A DNA stretch of 64,000 nucleotides. Source: Dehalococcoidia bacterium. Lineage in GTDB: Bacteria > Chloroflexota > Dehalococcoidia > Lucifugimonadales > VXLM01. A program made the translations under genes and the position numbers. Each line of letters begins with the position of its first letter. Within the stretch, counting starts at the first letter, position 1. Location of the stretch: assembly GCA_963662435.1 (NCBI GenBank), contig OY759598.1, positions 1,954,507 through 2,018,506 of the forward strand. The letters run 5' to 3'. Shown in pieces: positions 39,538 through 49,549 of this stretch. The notes beneath the pieces were generated by a model. The model made no database searches, was not told where the DNA came from, and worked only from the letters and a program-made list of their open reading frames with translations.

Positions 39538-40695
39538 TTAGGTCTCAGCCTCAGCCCTTTGGGTCCGCAAATCTTGTGCAGGGAGCACCCGTACCGTCAT
39601 GCGTCTTTGGCCGGCGCCGGCATGACGACGGATCGCCACTATGACGGCAACGAGCCACATTGCGGACATGAGGGTGATGAGCGACCAGTGCCATCCATAG
39701 AAGAGGGCGATTCCCGTGATGACGATGTTAACGAAGGAAAGAGGTACGAGCACCTTCCAGCCGAAGGCCATGAGCTGATCGATGCGGAGGCGGGGATAGG
39801 TGCCTCGAATCCAGAATATGACCAGTATCACGATGTAGGTCTTGAGGAGGAACCAGGCGAGCGAAAGCGCGATGTGGACTGGGCCGTCGAACGGCATGTC
39901 GGGCCAGCGCCAACCTCCGAGGAAGAGCAAAGTCGCGAGGACCGCAACGGTGAATGTGTTCATGTACTCGGCGAGGAAGAATACTGCCCAGTGGGCCCCG
40001 CTGTACTCGACGAATGGCCCGCCAACGACCTCCGACTCGGCGTGGTGGATGTCGAATGGGGTGCGTCCCAATTCCGCAAGCGCCGCCACAAGGAAAAGGA
40101 ACAGCCCCAGGGGCTGGACGATAGCGTTGCCGACTTTCGCCTCGGCCTGATCGTTGACTATCTCGACGATGTTCAGGGACTGGCTCAGCATCGCCACGGC
40201 GAGGATGGCCATGATGAAGGGCACCTCGTAGCTGATGAGCTGTCCGGCGGCGCGGAGGCCGCCCAGGATGGCGTACTTATTTGCCGAGCCCCATCCGGCC
40301 ATGACGAGGCCCAACACGGTCAGGACGGAGAAGGCCGTGATGTAGAATAGGCCCATGTCCATGTTCCGGAGGACGATATCCTGGGTCATGGGGATGGTGA
40401 CCCAGAGTAGTAGTGACGGAATAAAAACGGCGAGAGGTGCGAGCCAGTATACTCGCCGGTCTGCCCATGACGGGAGGATGTCCTCCTTGGTCATGAGCTT
40501 CAGGGCATCGGCAATGGGCTGGAGGGTGCCGTGCGGGCCGACGCGCATGGGGCCCATGCGCTGCTGGATCCGCGCCAGTGCCTTGCGTTCCAGCCAAGTG
40601 AGCACCAGCACCATGACGGACAGAAAGCCAAAGATGAGAGCCGCTCCGGCGGCGTAGGTGATCGGTTGTGGGATATCCTCGAGTAGGCCCGTCAT
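39538..40695 (-). CDS. nuoH: Complex I subunit H
   Basis: ERKALARIQQRMGP, QPIADALKL, ISYEVP, RTPFD..AESE, PRLRIDQL. Confidence 0.95.
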   Translation of the reverse strand: MTGLLEDIPQPITYAAGAALIFGFLSVMVLVLTWLERKALARIQQRMGPMRVGPHGTLQPIADALKLMTKEDILPSWADRRVYWLAPLAVFIPSLLLWVTIPMTQDIVLRNMDMGLFYITAFSVLTVLGLVMAGWGSANKYAILGGLRAAGQLISYEVPFIMAILAVAMLSQSLNIVEIVNDQAEAKVGNAIVQPLGLFLFLVAALAELGRTPFDIHHAESEVVGGPFVEYSGAHWAVFFLAEYMNTFTVAVLATLLFLGGWRWPDMPFDGPVHIALSLAWFLLKTYIVILVIFWIRGTYPRLRIDQLMAFGWKVLVPLSFVNIVITGIALFYGWHWSLITLMSAMWLVAVIVAIRRHAGAGQRRMTVRVLPAQDLRTQRAEAET

Positions 40696-40774
40696 TGCAT
40701 GTGCTCGAATTCCAGCCGGACTGGGATGCTTAGCCGATAGACGGACTGGTAGTAGTATTTTGACCTTGGCATGG

Positions 40775-41905
40775 CTACCGGTCGACCTCTCCCAGGACTA
40801 TATCGAGGGAGCCGAGGATAACCACGGCGTCGGCGACATAGGCATCGCGCATCATGGGTTCGAGAGCCTGGAGATTGGCGAAAGACGGGGCGCGGACCTT
40901 GACGCGGTAGGGATGCTGGCTGCCGTCGCTGACGAGGAAGACAGCGAAGTCGCCGCGGGGGGACTCGGTCCTCTGGTATACCTCGCCCTTCGGAGGACGT
41001 GTCAAGCGGCGTGTCTTAGCTGCGAAGTCGCCGGGCTCCATCTGCCCCAACGCCTGCTCGATTATGCTCAGGGACTGCCGCATTTCCTCGACGCGCACGT
41101 AGTACCTATCCCAGCAGTCGCCGTGCTCTCCCACGGGGATGCCGTAGTCGAACCGGTCGTATATGCCGTAGGGCTCGGAAATGCGTACATCCTCCGGCAC
41201 CCCACAGGCGCGAAGCGCGGGGCCGGTCACGCCGAGGTCGATGGCCTCCTCCGCACTGATCGCTCCCACGCCCTTGGTGCGAGCCAGGAACATCTCGTTG
41301 TCGGACAGTAGCCCGTCGCACTCGTCGATGCCGCGTTTGAGCTGGTCGGTAAGGACCGACATGCGGTCATTAAAGTCAGACGGCAGGTCTTCGTGGACGC
41401 CGCCGACTCGGATGAAGTTGTGCATCATGCGCGCGCCGGTAACGGACTCGAAGAGTTCCTGGATCCGCTCGCGCTCACGGAAACCGTAGAGGATGGGCGT
41501 CATGGCTCCGGCGTCGAGCCCATACACTCCGTAGAATAGCATGTGGTTGGCGATGCGGTTGAGCTCGCAGAGGATGGTGCGGATATACCAGGCGCGCTCC
41601 GGTACCTCCAGCGCCATGATCTTTTCGACTGCCATGCAGAAGGCAAGCTCGCTGTTGAGGTTGCCGATGTAGTCGATGCGGTCGAAGAGCGTGACGATCT
41701 GTGAGTAGTCCTCGATTTCACAGAGCTTTTCCGAACCCCGGTGAAGGTAGCCGATATGAGGCTCCACCCTTTCGATGCGCTCGCCGTCGATCCACAACAC
41801 CATGCGAAACACCCCGTGCGTACTCGGGTGCTGGGGCCCCATGTTGACCATGAAGTCGACAGGGTCAAGGGTGGTGGATTGGGTGGTCGGCGTATGTGTC
41901 TGCAA
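40775..41905 (-). CDS. nuoD: Complex I subunit D
   Basis: NMGPQHPSTHGVFR, IGYLHRG, DRIDY, ESPRG, DIVLGEVDR. Confidence 0.96.
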   Translation of the reverse strand: MQTHTPTTQSTTLDPVDFMVNMGPQHPSTHGVFRMVLWIDGERIERVEPHIGYLHRGSEKLCEIEDYSQIVTLFDRIDYIGNLNSELAFCMAVEKIMALEVPERAWYIRTILCELNRIANHMLFYGVYGLDAGAMTPILYGFRERERIQELFESVTGARMMHNFIRVGGVHEDLPSDFNDRMSVLTDQLKRGIDECDGLLSDNEMFLARTKGVGAISAEEAIDLGVTGPALRACGVPEDVRISEPYGIYDRFDYGIPVGEHGDCWDRYYVRVEEMRQSLSIIEQALGQMEPGDFAAKTRRLTRPPKGEVYQRTESPRGDFAVFLVSDGSQHPYRVKVRAPSFANLQALEPMMRDAYVADAVVILGSLDIVLGEVDR

Positions 41906-41944
41906 GACTAGATGCTGCTTATGAAAAATACAGGAGCCAGTGAA

Positions 41945-42484
41945 TTACCACTCCTCATACTCATGATACGGAAAACTCTTGAGGCCGGGGTGGCCCTCGA
42001 ATCCGTCGTAGAGCAGTAGCGGGCTGAGGTTCGGGTGATCGGTGAATACGACGCCGAAGAGGTCGTGGGCCTCGCGCTCGAACCAGTCGGCGCCACGCCA
42101 CACCTTGACCACCGTCGGAACGCGAGGCCCGTCGGGTGAGAGGTTGGTCTTTACCACCATCTTGTGGCGTTTCTGCAGGGAGAATAGGTGATAGCTGACC
42201 TCGATCCGCTCAACGTAGTCCACGGCTGAGATGCAGCGTAGGTAGTCGAAGTCCAGGTCGGTGTGATCCTTGGCGATGCGGCAGACCTCGGGCACCCGGT
42301 CAGCTTCAACGGTTACGGTGACCTCGTCGACGGCGGCGCCGATCTCTTTGGGAATATCGCCATAGATGGTGGGCAGCATGTTGGAGAGCGATTCTCCAAT
42401 GCCATCGAGGCGTGCGGGCGCTTCGGGAGCCGCGCCTCCACGCGCTCGCGCGGGTCTCGGCCGGCCCTTATTCTGCTGCGTCAC
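41945..42484 (-). CDS. nuoC: Complex I subunit C
   Basis: [24 protein letters not shown]. Confidence 0.92.
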   Translation of the reverse strand: MTQQNKGRPRPARARGGAAPEAPARLDGIGESLSNMLPTIYGDIPKEIGAAVDEVTVTVEADRVPEVCRIAKDHTDLDFDYLRCISAVDYVERIEVSYHLFSLQKRHKMVVKTNLSPDGPRVPTVVKVWRGADWFEREAHDLFGVVFTDHPNLSPLLLYDGFEGHPGLKSFPYHEYEEW

Positions 42485-43007
42485 CGGACCGCGCGTCCTG
42501 TTTGATCTTTTCCTGGAGCTGCATGAGGCCGTACATGAGGGCCTCGGGACGGGGCGGACAACCGGGAACGTAGACATCGACGGGAATGAGATGGTCCACA
42601 CCCATGACGACGGAGTACGAGCGATAGTACGGCCCGCCGTTGGTCGCGCAACTGCCCATGGCGATCACCCACTTGGGGTCGGGCATCTGCTCGTAGAGGA
42701 GCTTGATGGGCTCGGCCATCTTCTTTACGACGGTGCCCGCCACGATCATGACATCGGCCTGCCGGGGGGAAGGCCACGTTACGACGCCAAATCGGTCGAA
42801 GTCGTGATGTGACATGTGGGTGCTCATCATCTCTATGGCGCAGCAGGCGAGGCCGAACGACAGAGTCCACAGCGAGTTCCTGCGCGCGAGGGCAAAGAGC
42901 TCATCAGACTTGCCCACGAGGGTGTTGGGCATGACCTCGCGGAGGACGTTGTCAGCGGGGTTGTTGCCGTTCCCGGGCTCGTAGCCCTGTCCGAGGGTTA
43001 TCTCCAC
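42468..43007 (-). CDS. nuoB: Complex I subunit B
   Basis: [31 protein letters not shown]. Confidence 0.95.
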   Translation of the reverse strand: MEITLGQGYEPGNGNNPADNVLREVMPNTLVGKSDELFALARRNSLWTLSFGLACCAIEMMSTHMSHHDFDRFGVVTWPSPRQADVMIVAGTVVKKMAEPIKLLYEQMPDPKWVIAMGSCATNGGPYYRSYSVVMGVDHLIPVDVYVPGCPPRPEALMYGLMQLQEKIKQDARSGDAAE

Positions 43008-43363
43008 TGCAGGACTCCCTTCCTCCAGCCATAGATGACGCCAAAGAAGAGTATGGCGATGAAGATCAGCATCTCGTAGAAGACGGCGGGAATCGACTTG
43101 AGGAAGACGACCGCCCATGGGAAAAGGAACACGGCCTCGACGTCGAAGATGAGAAAGAGGATGGCGAAAACGTAGTAGCGGATCTGGATCTGCGACCAGC
43201 GATACGGAGCGGCTGGAATTCCGCACTCGTAGGGAGAATCCTTGATTTCGGAAGGCCTCCTAGGCGCGACGATGCGGGAGAAAACGAACATTCCCATGAC
43301 TGCACACAGGCCAACCGCGCCGACAATAGCGACCACTGTCCAATCGAGGGCGAGTCCTTCCAA
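42998..43363 (-). CDS. nuoA: Complex I subunit A
   Basis: [35 protein letters not shown]. Confidence 0.95.
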   Translation of the reverse strand: MEGLALDWTVVAIVGAVGLCAVMGMFVFSRIVAPRRPSEIKDSPYECGIPAAPYRWSQIQIRYYVFAILFLIFDVEAVFLFPWAVVFLKSIPAVFYEMLIFIAILFFGVIYGWRKGVLQWR

Positions 43364-43565
43364 GCGGTAATCTCCTGAGGTGAAATGCGCTAGTCAGTGT
43401 ATCACCGCCTCGAAGTGTGTATCAAACACACGGAAATGGAGGAAGGTCAATATTCGGAGAATGTTCCTAACCAAAAGAGCTCCGATTGAACTTCATCGCG
43501 TTGACATTCGGCGCAAATGTCGTGACAATTCATCCATTCTCGTACCGTTGCAGTAGGAGACTTTG

Positions 43566-44078
43566 ATGATGCGGTGTTCTGCATGCAAATCCGAGATAGC
43601 TGCCTACGATCGGCGTTGCCGGATGTGCGGCGCAGGAGTGCGACGGAGCGCCGACAAGCTGTTCGATGGATCTCCAACTGACAAGGAACTGGCACGGGCA
43701 CGACTATGCCACCTCATAGCGTTGCCGGGCATGCTGATACTTGCGATCCTCATTGAGGCGGCATATGGAAGAATCGGCCTATGGGCTTTCTTCCCCCTGA
43801 ACCTCGTCCTGCCGTTTGTGTTCTGGCTCCTGCACCTGAAGTCACCGTATGTCCGTAACCACGGGCTGCAGGCGCTCAATTTCCAATTAGTTTGGACGGC
43901 GGCCATATACGTCGTTTGGATGATCCCAACCGGCCATGGAGTCTTGGGCGATTGGTCATGGATGTTGGCCCACGCCTTGGTCTGGTTTGGAGGGATGGCG
44001 CTGGTCTGGATTGCTTCGCTTGATGCGTCGTCTGCGGGGGACGGCAAGTATCCCATTCGGATTCCCCTGATCACGTAG
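43566..44078 (+). CDS. Zinc-ribbon + DUF4870-like membrane protein (copy 1)
   Basis: CSAC..CRMCG, LCHL, HGLQALNFQ, YPIRIP. Confidence 0.8.
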   Translation: MMRCSACKSEIAAYDRRCRMCGAGVRRSADKLFDGSPTDKELARARLCHLIALPGMLILAILIEAAYGRIGLWAFFPLNLVLPFVFWLLHLKSPYVRNHGLQALNFQLVWTAAIYVVWMIPTGHGVLGDWSWMLAHALVWFGGMALVWIASLDASSAGDGKYPIRIPLIT

Positions 44079-44176
44079 GGAGGGAATAGGCAAAGTCGTT
44101 GGCCCTTCTCTTCCGCGTGGGATTCTGATACCGCAGGCGAAAGTCCATTCCGTCACGGTCGAAGAGAGGACTTCTG

Positions 44177-44677
44177 ATGGCCCAGTGTACGGCCTGCAAA
44201 TCTGAGCTGACAGCATACGACCGTCGATGCCGAACGTGCGGAGCCGGGGTGGTCCGAAGCGGGACCAACATACTGGCAGAAGCTCCATCCAATAAGGAGC
44301 TTCTTCTAGCGCGACTTTGCCACTTGCTCGCCCTACCTGGTATGTTGATTTTGGGAGTATTCGTCGATGCCGGGTTCGACATGTACGGTTACCTGGTCTA
44401 TCTGCCCTTGAATCTGATCATCCCGTTTTCGTTCTGGCTCCTGCTCTTGAAGTTTCGATTTGTGAGAAATCATGGTATGCAGGCAATTAACTTCCAGGTG
44501 CTGTGGACTCTCGCATTCTATGCGGTCTGGTTCGTGCCCTATGAAGTCATTAATGTCTTCTGGTGGCCTCTCTATATCGTGGTATTGCTTGGGGGAATGG
44601 CGACCGTAATTGTAGCCTCGAATGATGCAGGCAACGCCGGAGAGGGCAGATATCCAGTCCGAATCCCAATCGGCTGA
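44177..44677 (+). CDS. Zinc-ribbon + DUF4870-like membrane protein (copy 2)
   Basis: CTAC..CRTCG, LCHL, HGMQAINFQ, YPVRIP. Confidence 0.8.
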   Translation: MAQCTACKSELTAYDRRCRTCGAGVVRSGTNILAEAPSNKELLLARLCHLLALPGMLILGVFVDAGFDMYGYLVYLPLNLIIPFSFWLLLLKFRFVRNHGMQAINFQVLWTLAFYAVWFVPYEVINVFWWPLYIVVLLGGMATVIVASNDAGNAGEGRYPVRIPIG

Positions 44678-44795
44678 GATTTTGCAGGACACGCAAGAGC
44701 GCCAATTCATGGTGTACCCTGAAGCGTGTGTCGGCAATTGATGTGAGTATAGGCAAGGTTCATCTCGGCCTATAGTATGGCCGCGTGGGGTCACA

Positions 44796-44927
44796 ATGGC
44801 CCAGTGCCCAAGATGCAAGACTATGACGGCGTATCTCGACCGTCACCTCAAGACGTGCGGTTCCGAGGAAGATGGTGACAACTCCACTGCCGTCGTTCTG
44901 ACCGATAAAGACCTATTTAAGGGGTGA
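44796..44927 (+). pseudogene. Truncated zinc-ribbon/DUF4870-like copy 3, cut by the IS
   Basis: MAQCPRCKTMTAYLDRHLKTCG...TDKDLFKG*; the stop lies inside the IS left inverted repeat. Confidence 0.75.
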
Positions 44928-44970
44928 TTATCTACTTGACGCACGAATTGGAGGCCGTTAGAATGCGCGG

Positions 44971-45315
44971 ATGCAGAACTGGAAGACAGGGATCGGCGGG
45001 GCAATTATTGCGATTGCCAGCTTTGTGCATGGGTTGCCGGGGTTCTTCGACGACTCTAAGTCGTGGGTTGCATGGGTCAACGTTATGGAGCTAACGTCTC
45101 ACCTATGGCTTATTGGCGTGTTCGGCGGCGTTCTCATAGCTACTTGGGGATGGTGGCGAAAGTATCTACTTCGTGTTCGTGGCAAGGTGGTTCCCAATAG
45201 GAAGATGAAAGAGAAGGTTGAGCAGCTTGAGTATGAGACGGCCCTTAATAGTGCCAAGAGTCTACTTCTGAAACTCGACGTAGAGGAACACGTCGATAAG
45301 AGCAAAGACAAATGA
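44971..45315 (+). CDS. IS passenger: hypothetical 2-TM membrane protein
   Basis: Two hydrophobic segments; TTGACG-N17-TAGAAT ends 6 nt before the ATG. Confidence 0.6.
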   Translation: MQNWKTGIGGAIIAIASFVHGLPGFFDDSKSWVAWVNVMELTSHLWLIGVFGGVLIATWGWWRKYLLRVRGKVVPNRKMKEKVEQLEYETALNSAKSLLLKLDVEEHVDKSKDK

Positions 45316-45480
45316 TAGTCTCCTTGACAATAATACAGGTGTCCTATACGGTTCCACAGCCTCTGGACGGGCACCACAATCGCATATGGGTATGCAAGTC
45401 TGGCTCCGCGCCTCCTTGCGGCCTGTATGCGGGTGCTTTCCGTCCAGAGAGTCCTAGACTTGCTGCAAGGAGGCACCTGA

Positions 45481-45897
45481 ATGGAACGACTACAGGTAGC
45501 GATAGGCATAGCGGTTTTGATCGTCGTGACTGCGGGATGCAGTTTCAGCCAGTTCACGCAGTCCGAGAAGCTCACGGAGAATATCGACGACTACCGGACG
45601 GGATGCGAGGTCGATGCGGACACGCTAATGACCGAGTACAAGCAATGGGAAGCCAATCGTTGGCACTTCGACGCCGACGACCCGACACCGACACCGTCAC
45701 CGATAGACGATATGGAAGTTGCGCTATCAGCTCACTTGGAGAGTGTTTGGGAGCATGGATGCGCGACCGGGCGGCGCGACGTGGTAGGAGCGGAGCAAAC
45801 GACTCTCAAGGCCCTACGCGACCAGTTGGATATCCTCGACGATCGGCTCACCGAGCTAGAGGCAACGCCTACTCCCACGGCAACGCCGACACCCTAG
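45481..45897 (+). CDS. IS passenger: putative lipoprotein with PT repeats
   Basis: AAGGAGG RBS, signal peptide ending TAGC, PTPTPSP and TPTPTATPTP. Confidence 0.7.
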   Translation: MERLQVAIGIAVLIVVTAGCSFSQFTQSEKLTENIDDYRTGCEVDADTLMTEYKQWEANRWHFDADDPTPTPSPIDDMEVALSAHLESVWEHGCATGRRDVVGAEQTTLKALRDQLDILDDRLTELEATPTPTATPTP

Positions 45898-45899
45898 AC

Positions 45900-46790
45900 C
45901 TAGGCGGCTGTGAGCCGCTCGTAGGTAAGATGCTCGGTGTTGACGATACGCTTGAGCGTGTCAACGAAGATGTGGTCGTTGTCGCGGTTGTTGTAGCGCC
46001 ATTCGAGTTCCTCAAGATAGCGGTCAAGGTGCTTTGCGCTCACCTTGTGGAACGCTCCGACGATGCTACGCTTGAACAGCGACCACACACCTTCAACCGT
46101 GTTGGTATGCACATCGCCCACGACCCACTCCTCAAGGCTGTGGTTGACCGTCTCATGGCGGGTGTTCTCGTCGGCAATCCCGATGTACGACTTGAGCTCG
46201 TCTGTGTAGATCGCCTGGGCTTCGTCTTTCACCGTCTCGGCGATGAAGGCATGGAGCGTGTCGCGCCGCACGTCGGGAATGCGCTTGAGGCGAATGGTTC
46301 CCTTACGCTGTACCGCTCCCGCTACCCACGTCTTATTCCCCTTGTAAGCGCGTCCCTTGCCTTTCGTCTTGCCGCCTACAAGCGTCTCGTCAACTTCGAT
46401 GATGCCGAGCAAGGTAGGTCCGTCAAGAGGATCGTTCCCCATAGCCTCGCGGATGCGATGAGAGAGGTACCACGCCGTCTTGTAGGCTACTCCAAGCGTC
46501 CGTTTGAGTTGCAGAGCGGAGATACCCTTCTTGGACTCGCACATGAGGTAAATGGCGATGAACCACTTTCGGAGCGGCAAATGAGAGTCGTGCATGATGG
46601 TGTCCGCCGTCACGCTGAACCGATACCGGCAAGCGTTGCAATCGTACTGCTTTCGAGTATCTATCTCCGATATGCTCAGAGAGCCACATCGGAGGCAAGC
46701 AACGCCGTTCGGCCAACGGAGACGTTCGAGAAGTTCACGGCACTTGGTATCAGTGCTAAAGTCGTCCATCAAAGTGAGAAGGTTTGTCAT
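45900..46790 (-). CDS. IS1595-family DDE transposase
   Basis: RWPNGVACLRCGS zinc ribbon, IEVDET, IYTDE, VHTNTVEGVWSLFKR, YLEELEWRYN. Confidence 0.96.
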   Translation of the reverse strand: MTNLLTLMDDFSTDTKCRELLERLRWPNGVACLRCGSLSISEIDTRKQYDCNACRYRFSVTADTIMHDSHLPLRKWFIAIYLMCESKKGISALQLKRTLGVAYKTAWYLSHRIREAMGNDPLDGPTLLGIIEVDETLVGGKTKGKGRAYKGNKTWVAGAVQRKGTIRLKRIPDVRRDTLHAFIAETVKDEAQAIYTDELKSYIGIADENTRHETVNHSLEEWVVGDVHTNTVEGVWSLFKRSIVGAFHKVSAKHLDRYLEELEWRYNNRDNDHIFVDTLKRIVNTEHLTYERLTAA

Positions 46791-46938
46791 GGCTCAAGCT
46801 CCTAAAAAGCGGCGTCGGTTGTTACCAAAAGACATTACGCAAAAGGCCGACTCGGAAGTAGCTGAAAAGCTGTTTGGCAAACGCGCCAAACGCGAGTTAG
46901 ACCGTGTTGCTAGTGCGTTTATCAAGTCCATAAAGTGA
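46789..46938 (+). CDS. Small basic ORF inside the IS, divergent from the transposase
   Basis: MAQAPKKRRRLLPKDITQKADSEVAEKLFGKRAKRELDRVASAFIKSIK; shares CATG with the transposase start. Confidence 0.45.
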   Translation: MAQAPKKRRRLLPKDITQKADSEVAEKLFGKRAKRELDRVASAFIKSIK

Positions 46939-47047
46939 TCATATCACCTACAAAAACGTGCGTCAAGTAGATAATCACCAATCGAACAGCGATGGGCATG
47001 TTAGCTCACCCTCTTCCTGGAGTAACCGGCAGTAAAGGGGGGTCCTG

Positions 47048-47686
47048 TTGGCGCAGTGTTTCGCTTGCAATGCTGAGGTGGCGGTGTCTGCACATCGCTG
47101 TTCAGAGTGCGGCGCGCACATACGAAGGGCCATGGTTCGTTCCGATGCGGAGCGACGACGGGCAAGGACATGTCACCTGTTGGCGCTGCCCGGTATGCTG
47201 GTCTTTGTCCTTTCGTTTTCAGCAATTGGTCTGTTTGCACTCGTACCGCTGAATTTGATCGCTCCCCTGATTTACCGTTGGCGTCATCCCGACTCCAAGG
47301 CAGTTCAGACACACACTTCGGAGATCCTCAACTTCCAAGTACTGTGGTCGGCGACAGTGACCATATTGTGGCTTCTCGTGGTGCTTGCGACGCCCGGTTA
47401 CAATGAACCCTGGGGGCCGACACTCCTGTACTACGTGCCTGACCAGCCCCAGGTCGTTGAGCTTCCTCGCTCCGAAAATGAAGCAACTCTAACGCAAGGT
47501 GAAATGGAGGCGGGAGGGGAAGAAGATGACGACGAGTCGTTCTGGGCGTTGGCAACGATGGCCTTCTGGACGTTGTCTTTGGTGTGGGTAGGAGGTATCG
47601 CGCTGACCGCGTTTCTTGCCTATGACTTGGGGAACGGAGGGAACGGCTGTTACCCCCTGCGCATCCCGATATTCCGGTCCGGCTAG
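47048..47686 (+). CDS. Zinc-ribbon + DUF4870-like membrane protein (copy 4)
   Basis: CFAC..CSECG, TCHL, EILNFQ, YPLRIP; acidic insertion. Confidence 0.8.
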   Translation: MAQCFACNAEVAVSAHRCSECGAHIRRAMVRSDAERRRARTCHLLALPGMLVFVLSFSAIGLFALVPLNLIAPLIYRWRHPDSKAVQTHTSEILNFQVLWSATVTILWLLVVLATPGYNEPWGPTLLYYVPDQPQVVELPRSENEATLTQGEMEAGGEEDDDESFWALATMAFWTLSLVWVGGIALTAFLAYDLGNGGNGCYPLRIPIFRSG

Positions 47687-47699
47687 AGGATGTCGGGGT

Positions 47700-48704
47700 T
47701 TAACCGCCAAACCAGCGCGCCAACTCGTCCCTCGGAAAGGTTGGCAATTCTCGTTCGGTAGTCCCTGAGCGGACTTTGATGCCGTCCGAGGCATTGGTGA
47801 CTTTGCCGATTTCGTGGGCGGGGATTCCTACTTGGTCGAGCGCGCGAATCAGACTTCCAACCTCGCCTGACGGGAGCGTCACAAGGAGGGAACCGGAGGC
47901 GATCAGGCCGAGTGGATCGAGTCCGAGAGCATCGCAAATCTGTCGACACTCGGGCAGCACCGGAACGGCGTCCAGGTCGATAAGCAGTCCCGCGTTGGCG
48001 GCGGTCGCCATCTCTACGAGGCCGCCGGAGAGGCCTCCTTCGGTGGGATCGTGCATAGCGTGAACGTCTACGGCATTGCAGGCAATGGTCGCCTCTGGAA
48101 CTACGCTGATGCCGGGGCTGAAGAGAAAATCCTTCGAGCCGTCGATGGTTTCCTGCGAGACCCCGCGTTCCAGGAGGTCGCCCTCGGCCTCGCGGGCCAG
48201 TATCGAGGTCCCTTCGACGGCGATGGCCTTGGTGAGGACAATGCTGTCGCCCGGGCGAGCGCCGGAAGTGAGCACCGCGCGGTCCTTCGGGACCTCTCCG
48301 AGCATGGCGCCGACGGCAACGGGACGCGGCAGGTCGTAGGTGATTTCTGTGTGTCCTCCGATGAGTGTGACATTCAGCGCTTCGCAGGCCTCACGGATTT
48401 GCGTGAACATGCGCTCAACGTCTGACGCGGATGTGCCTTCGGGCAGAAGCAGGGTAGTCATGAGCCATTGCGGCGTGCCTCCCATGGAGGCGATATCGTT
48501 GGCGTTTACCTGCACCATGTACCAGCCGATGAGGTCGGTCGCGAAGGTGATGGGATCGGTCTTGGCAACGAGATAGCGGTCACCGAAGTCGATGAGTGCG
48601 GCGTCCTCCCCTGTCCTTGCGCCGAGCACTACGCGCGGATCACGCACGTCGATTTCGGCGAGGAGACGGGAGAGCAGATCGAACGGGAGTTTTCCGGGCT
48701 GCAT
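47700..48704 (-). CDS. AIR synthase/HypE (PurM-like) family protein
   Basis: GEDAALID, KTDPITF, NANDIA, IGGHTEIT, AMHDPTEGG. Confidence 0.88.
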   Translation of the reverse strand: MQPGKLPFDLLSRLLAEIDVRDPRVVLGARTGEDAALIDFGDRYLVAKTDPITFATDLIGWYMVQVNANDIASMGGTPQWLMTTLLLPEGTSASDVERMFTQIREACEALNVTLIGGHTEITYDLPRPVAVGAMLGEVPKDRAVLTSGARPGDSIVLTKAIAVEGTSILAREAEGDLLERGVSQETIDGSKDFLFSPGISVVPEATIACNAVDVHAMHDPTEGGLSGGLVEMATAANAGLLIDLDAVPVLPECRQICDALGLDPLGLIASGSLLVTLPSGEVGSLIRALDQVGIPAHEIGKVTNASDGIKVRSGTTERELPTFPRDELARWFGG

Positions 48705-48915
48705 GGCGTGCGATTCGAGGGTCTACGGCAAGAAGGCAACTGATTTCGCGTGGGCATGGTACCACTTGGCAACTCGCCTCGAAACTACCCAAGTGGAGGC
48801 CCTGCCCGTTCTAGTAGGAGACGGGAACAGGACATCGGAGCACTGGTATAATCCTCCCACCTTATCCGCGCGCTATTGGTTTTCATCAAGTCACCCCAAC
48901 ACGTAGGAGATCGCT

Positions 48916-49491
48916 ATGAATCACGAAAACGGGAGTAGAATGAGCGACGGACGTCAGCTCGCCACGCTGGCGGGAGGATGCTTCTGGTGCCTTGAAGCGG
49001 TCTATAACGAACTACGAGGGGTAGAGTCGGTGGTCTCGGGGTATGCCGGGGGCGGAGACCCCGATCCGACGTACGAGGCGGTGTGTTCGGGGACGACCGG
49101 CCACGCCGAGGTGGTCCAGATTGCTTTCGATCCTGAGGACGTGAGCTTCCGAGAGCTGCTCGAGGTCTTCTTTACGATTCACGATCCGACGACGCTGAAC
49201 CGCCAGGGCAACGACGTGGGCACGCAGTACAGGTCGGCGATCTTCTATCACGACGAGGAGCAGAGGCTCATCTCGGAGGACGTGATCGAGGAGATGACCG
49301 TCGCCGGACTGTGGGACGATCCGATCGTGACCGAGGTCACTGCGCTCGACACATTCCACGAGGCGGAGGAGTATCACCAGAGGTACTTCGAGAAGAACCC
49401 GTTCCAGCCTTACTGCTTCGTGGTGGTGCGACCGAAGGTGTCGAAGTTCCGCAAGAAGTTCGTCTCCAAGCTGAAGAAGCAGGCGGTATAG
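48916..49491 (+). CDS. msrA: Peptide methionine (S)-S-oxide reductase
   Basis: GGCFWC, TGHAEVV, HDPTTLNRQGNDVGTQYRS, AEEYHQRY. Confidence 0.97.
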   Translation: MNHENGSRMSDGRQLATLAGGCFWCLEAVYNELRGVESVVSGYAGGGDPDPTYEAVCSGTTGHAEVVQIAFDPEDVSFRELLEVFFTIHDPTTLNRQGNDVGTQYRSAIFYHDEEQRLISEDVIEEMTVAGLWDDPIVTEVTALDTFHEAEEYHQRYFEKNPFQPYCFVVVRPKVSKFRKKFVSKLKKQAV

Positions 49492-49549
49492 CGGGCGGGC
49501 AGTTTCCACCTTGCATCCCTCCCCCTGATGGGAGAGGTGCCAAAGCCAA

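Larger units (their letters stand above)
44923..46979 (-). mobile_element. IS1595-family element carrying passenger genes
   Basis: Perfect 23-bp terminal inverted repeats GGTGATTATCTACTTGACGCACG (44923-44945) / CGTGCGTCAAGTAGATAATCACC (46957-46979); encloses the transposase. Confidence 0.92.

Noticed and set aside
45312..46805. 497-aa ORF antisense to the IS1595 transposase
   Set aside because: It overlaps both the lipoprotein and transposase genes and has no recognisable domain.
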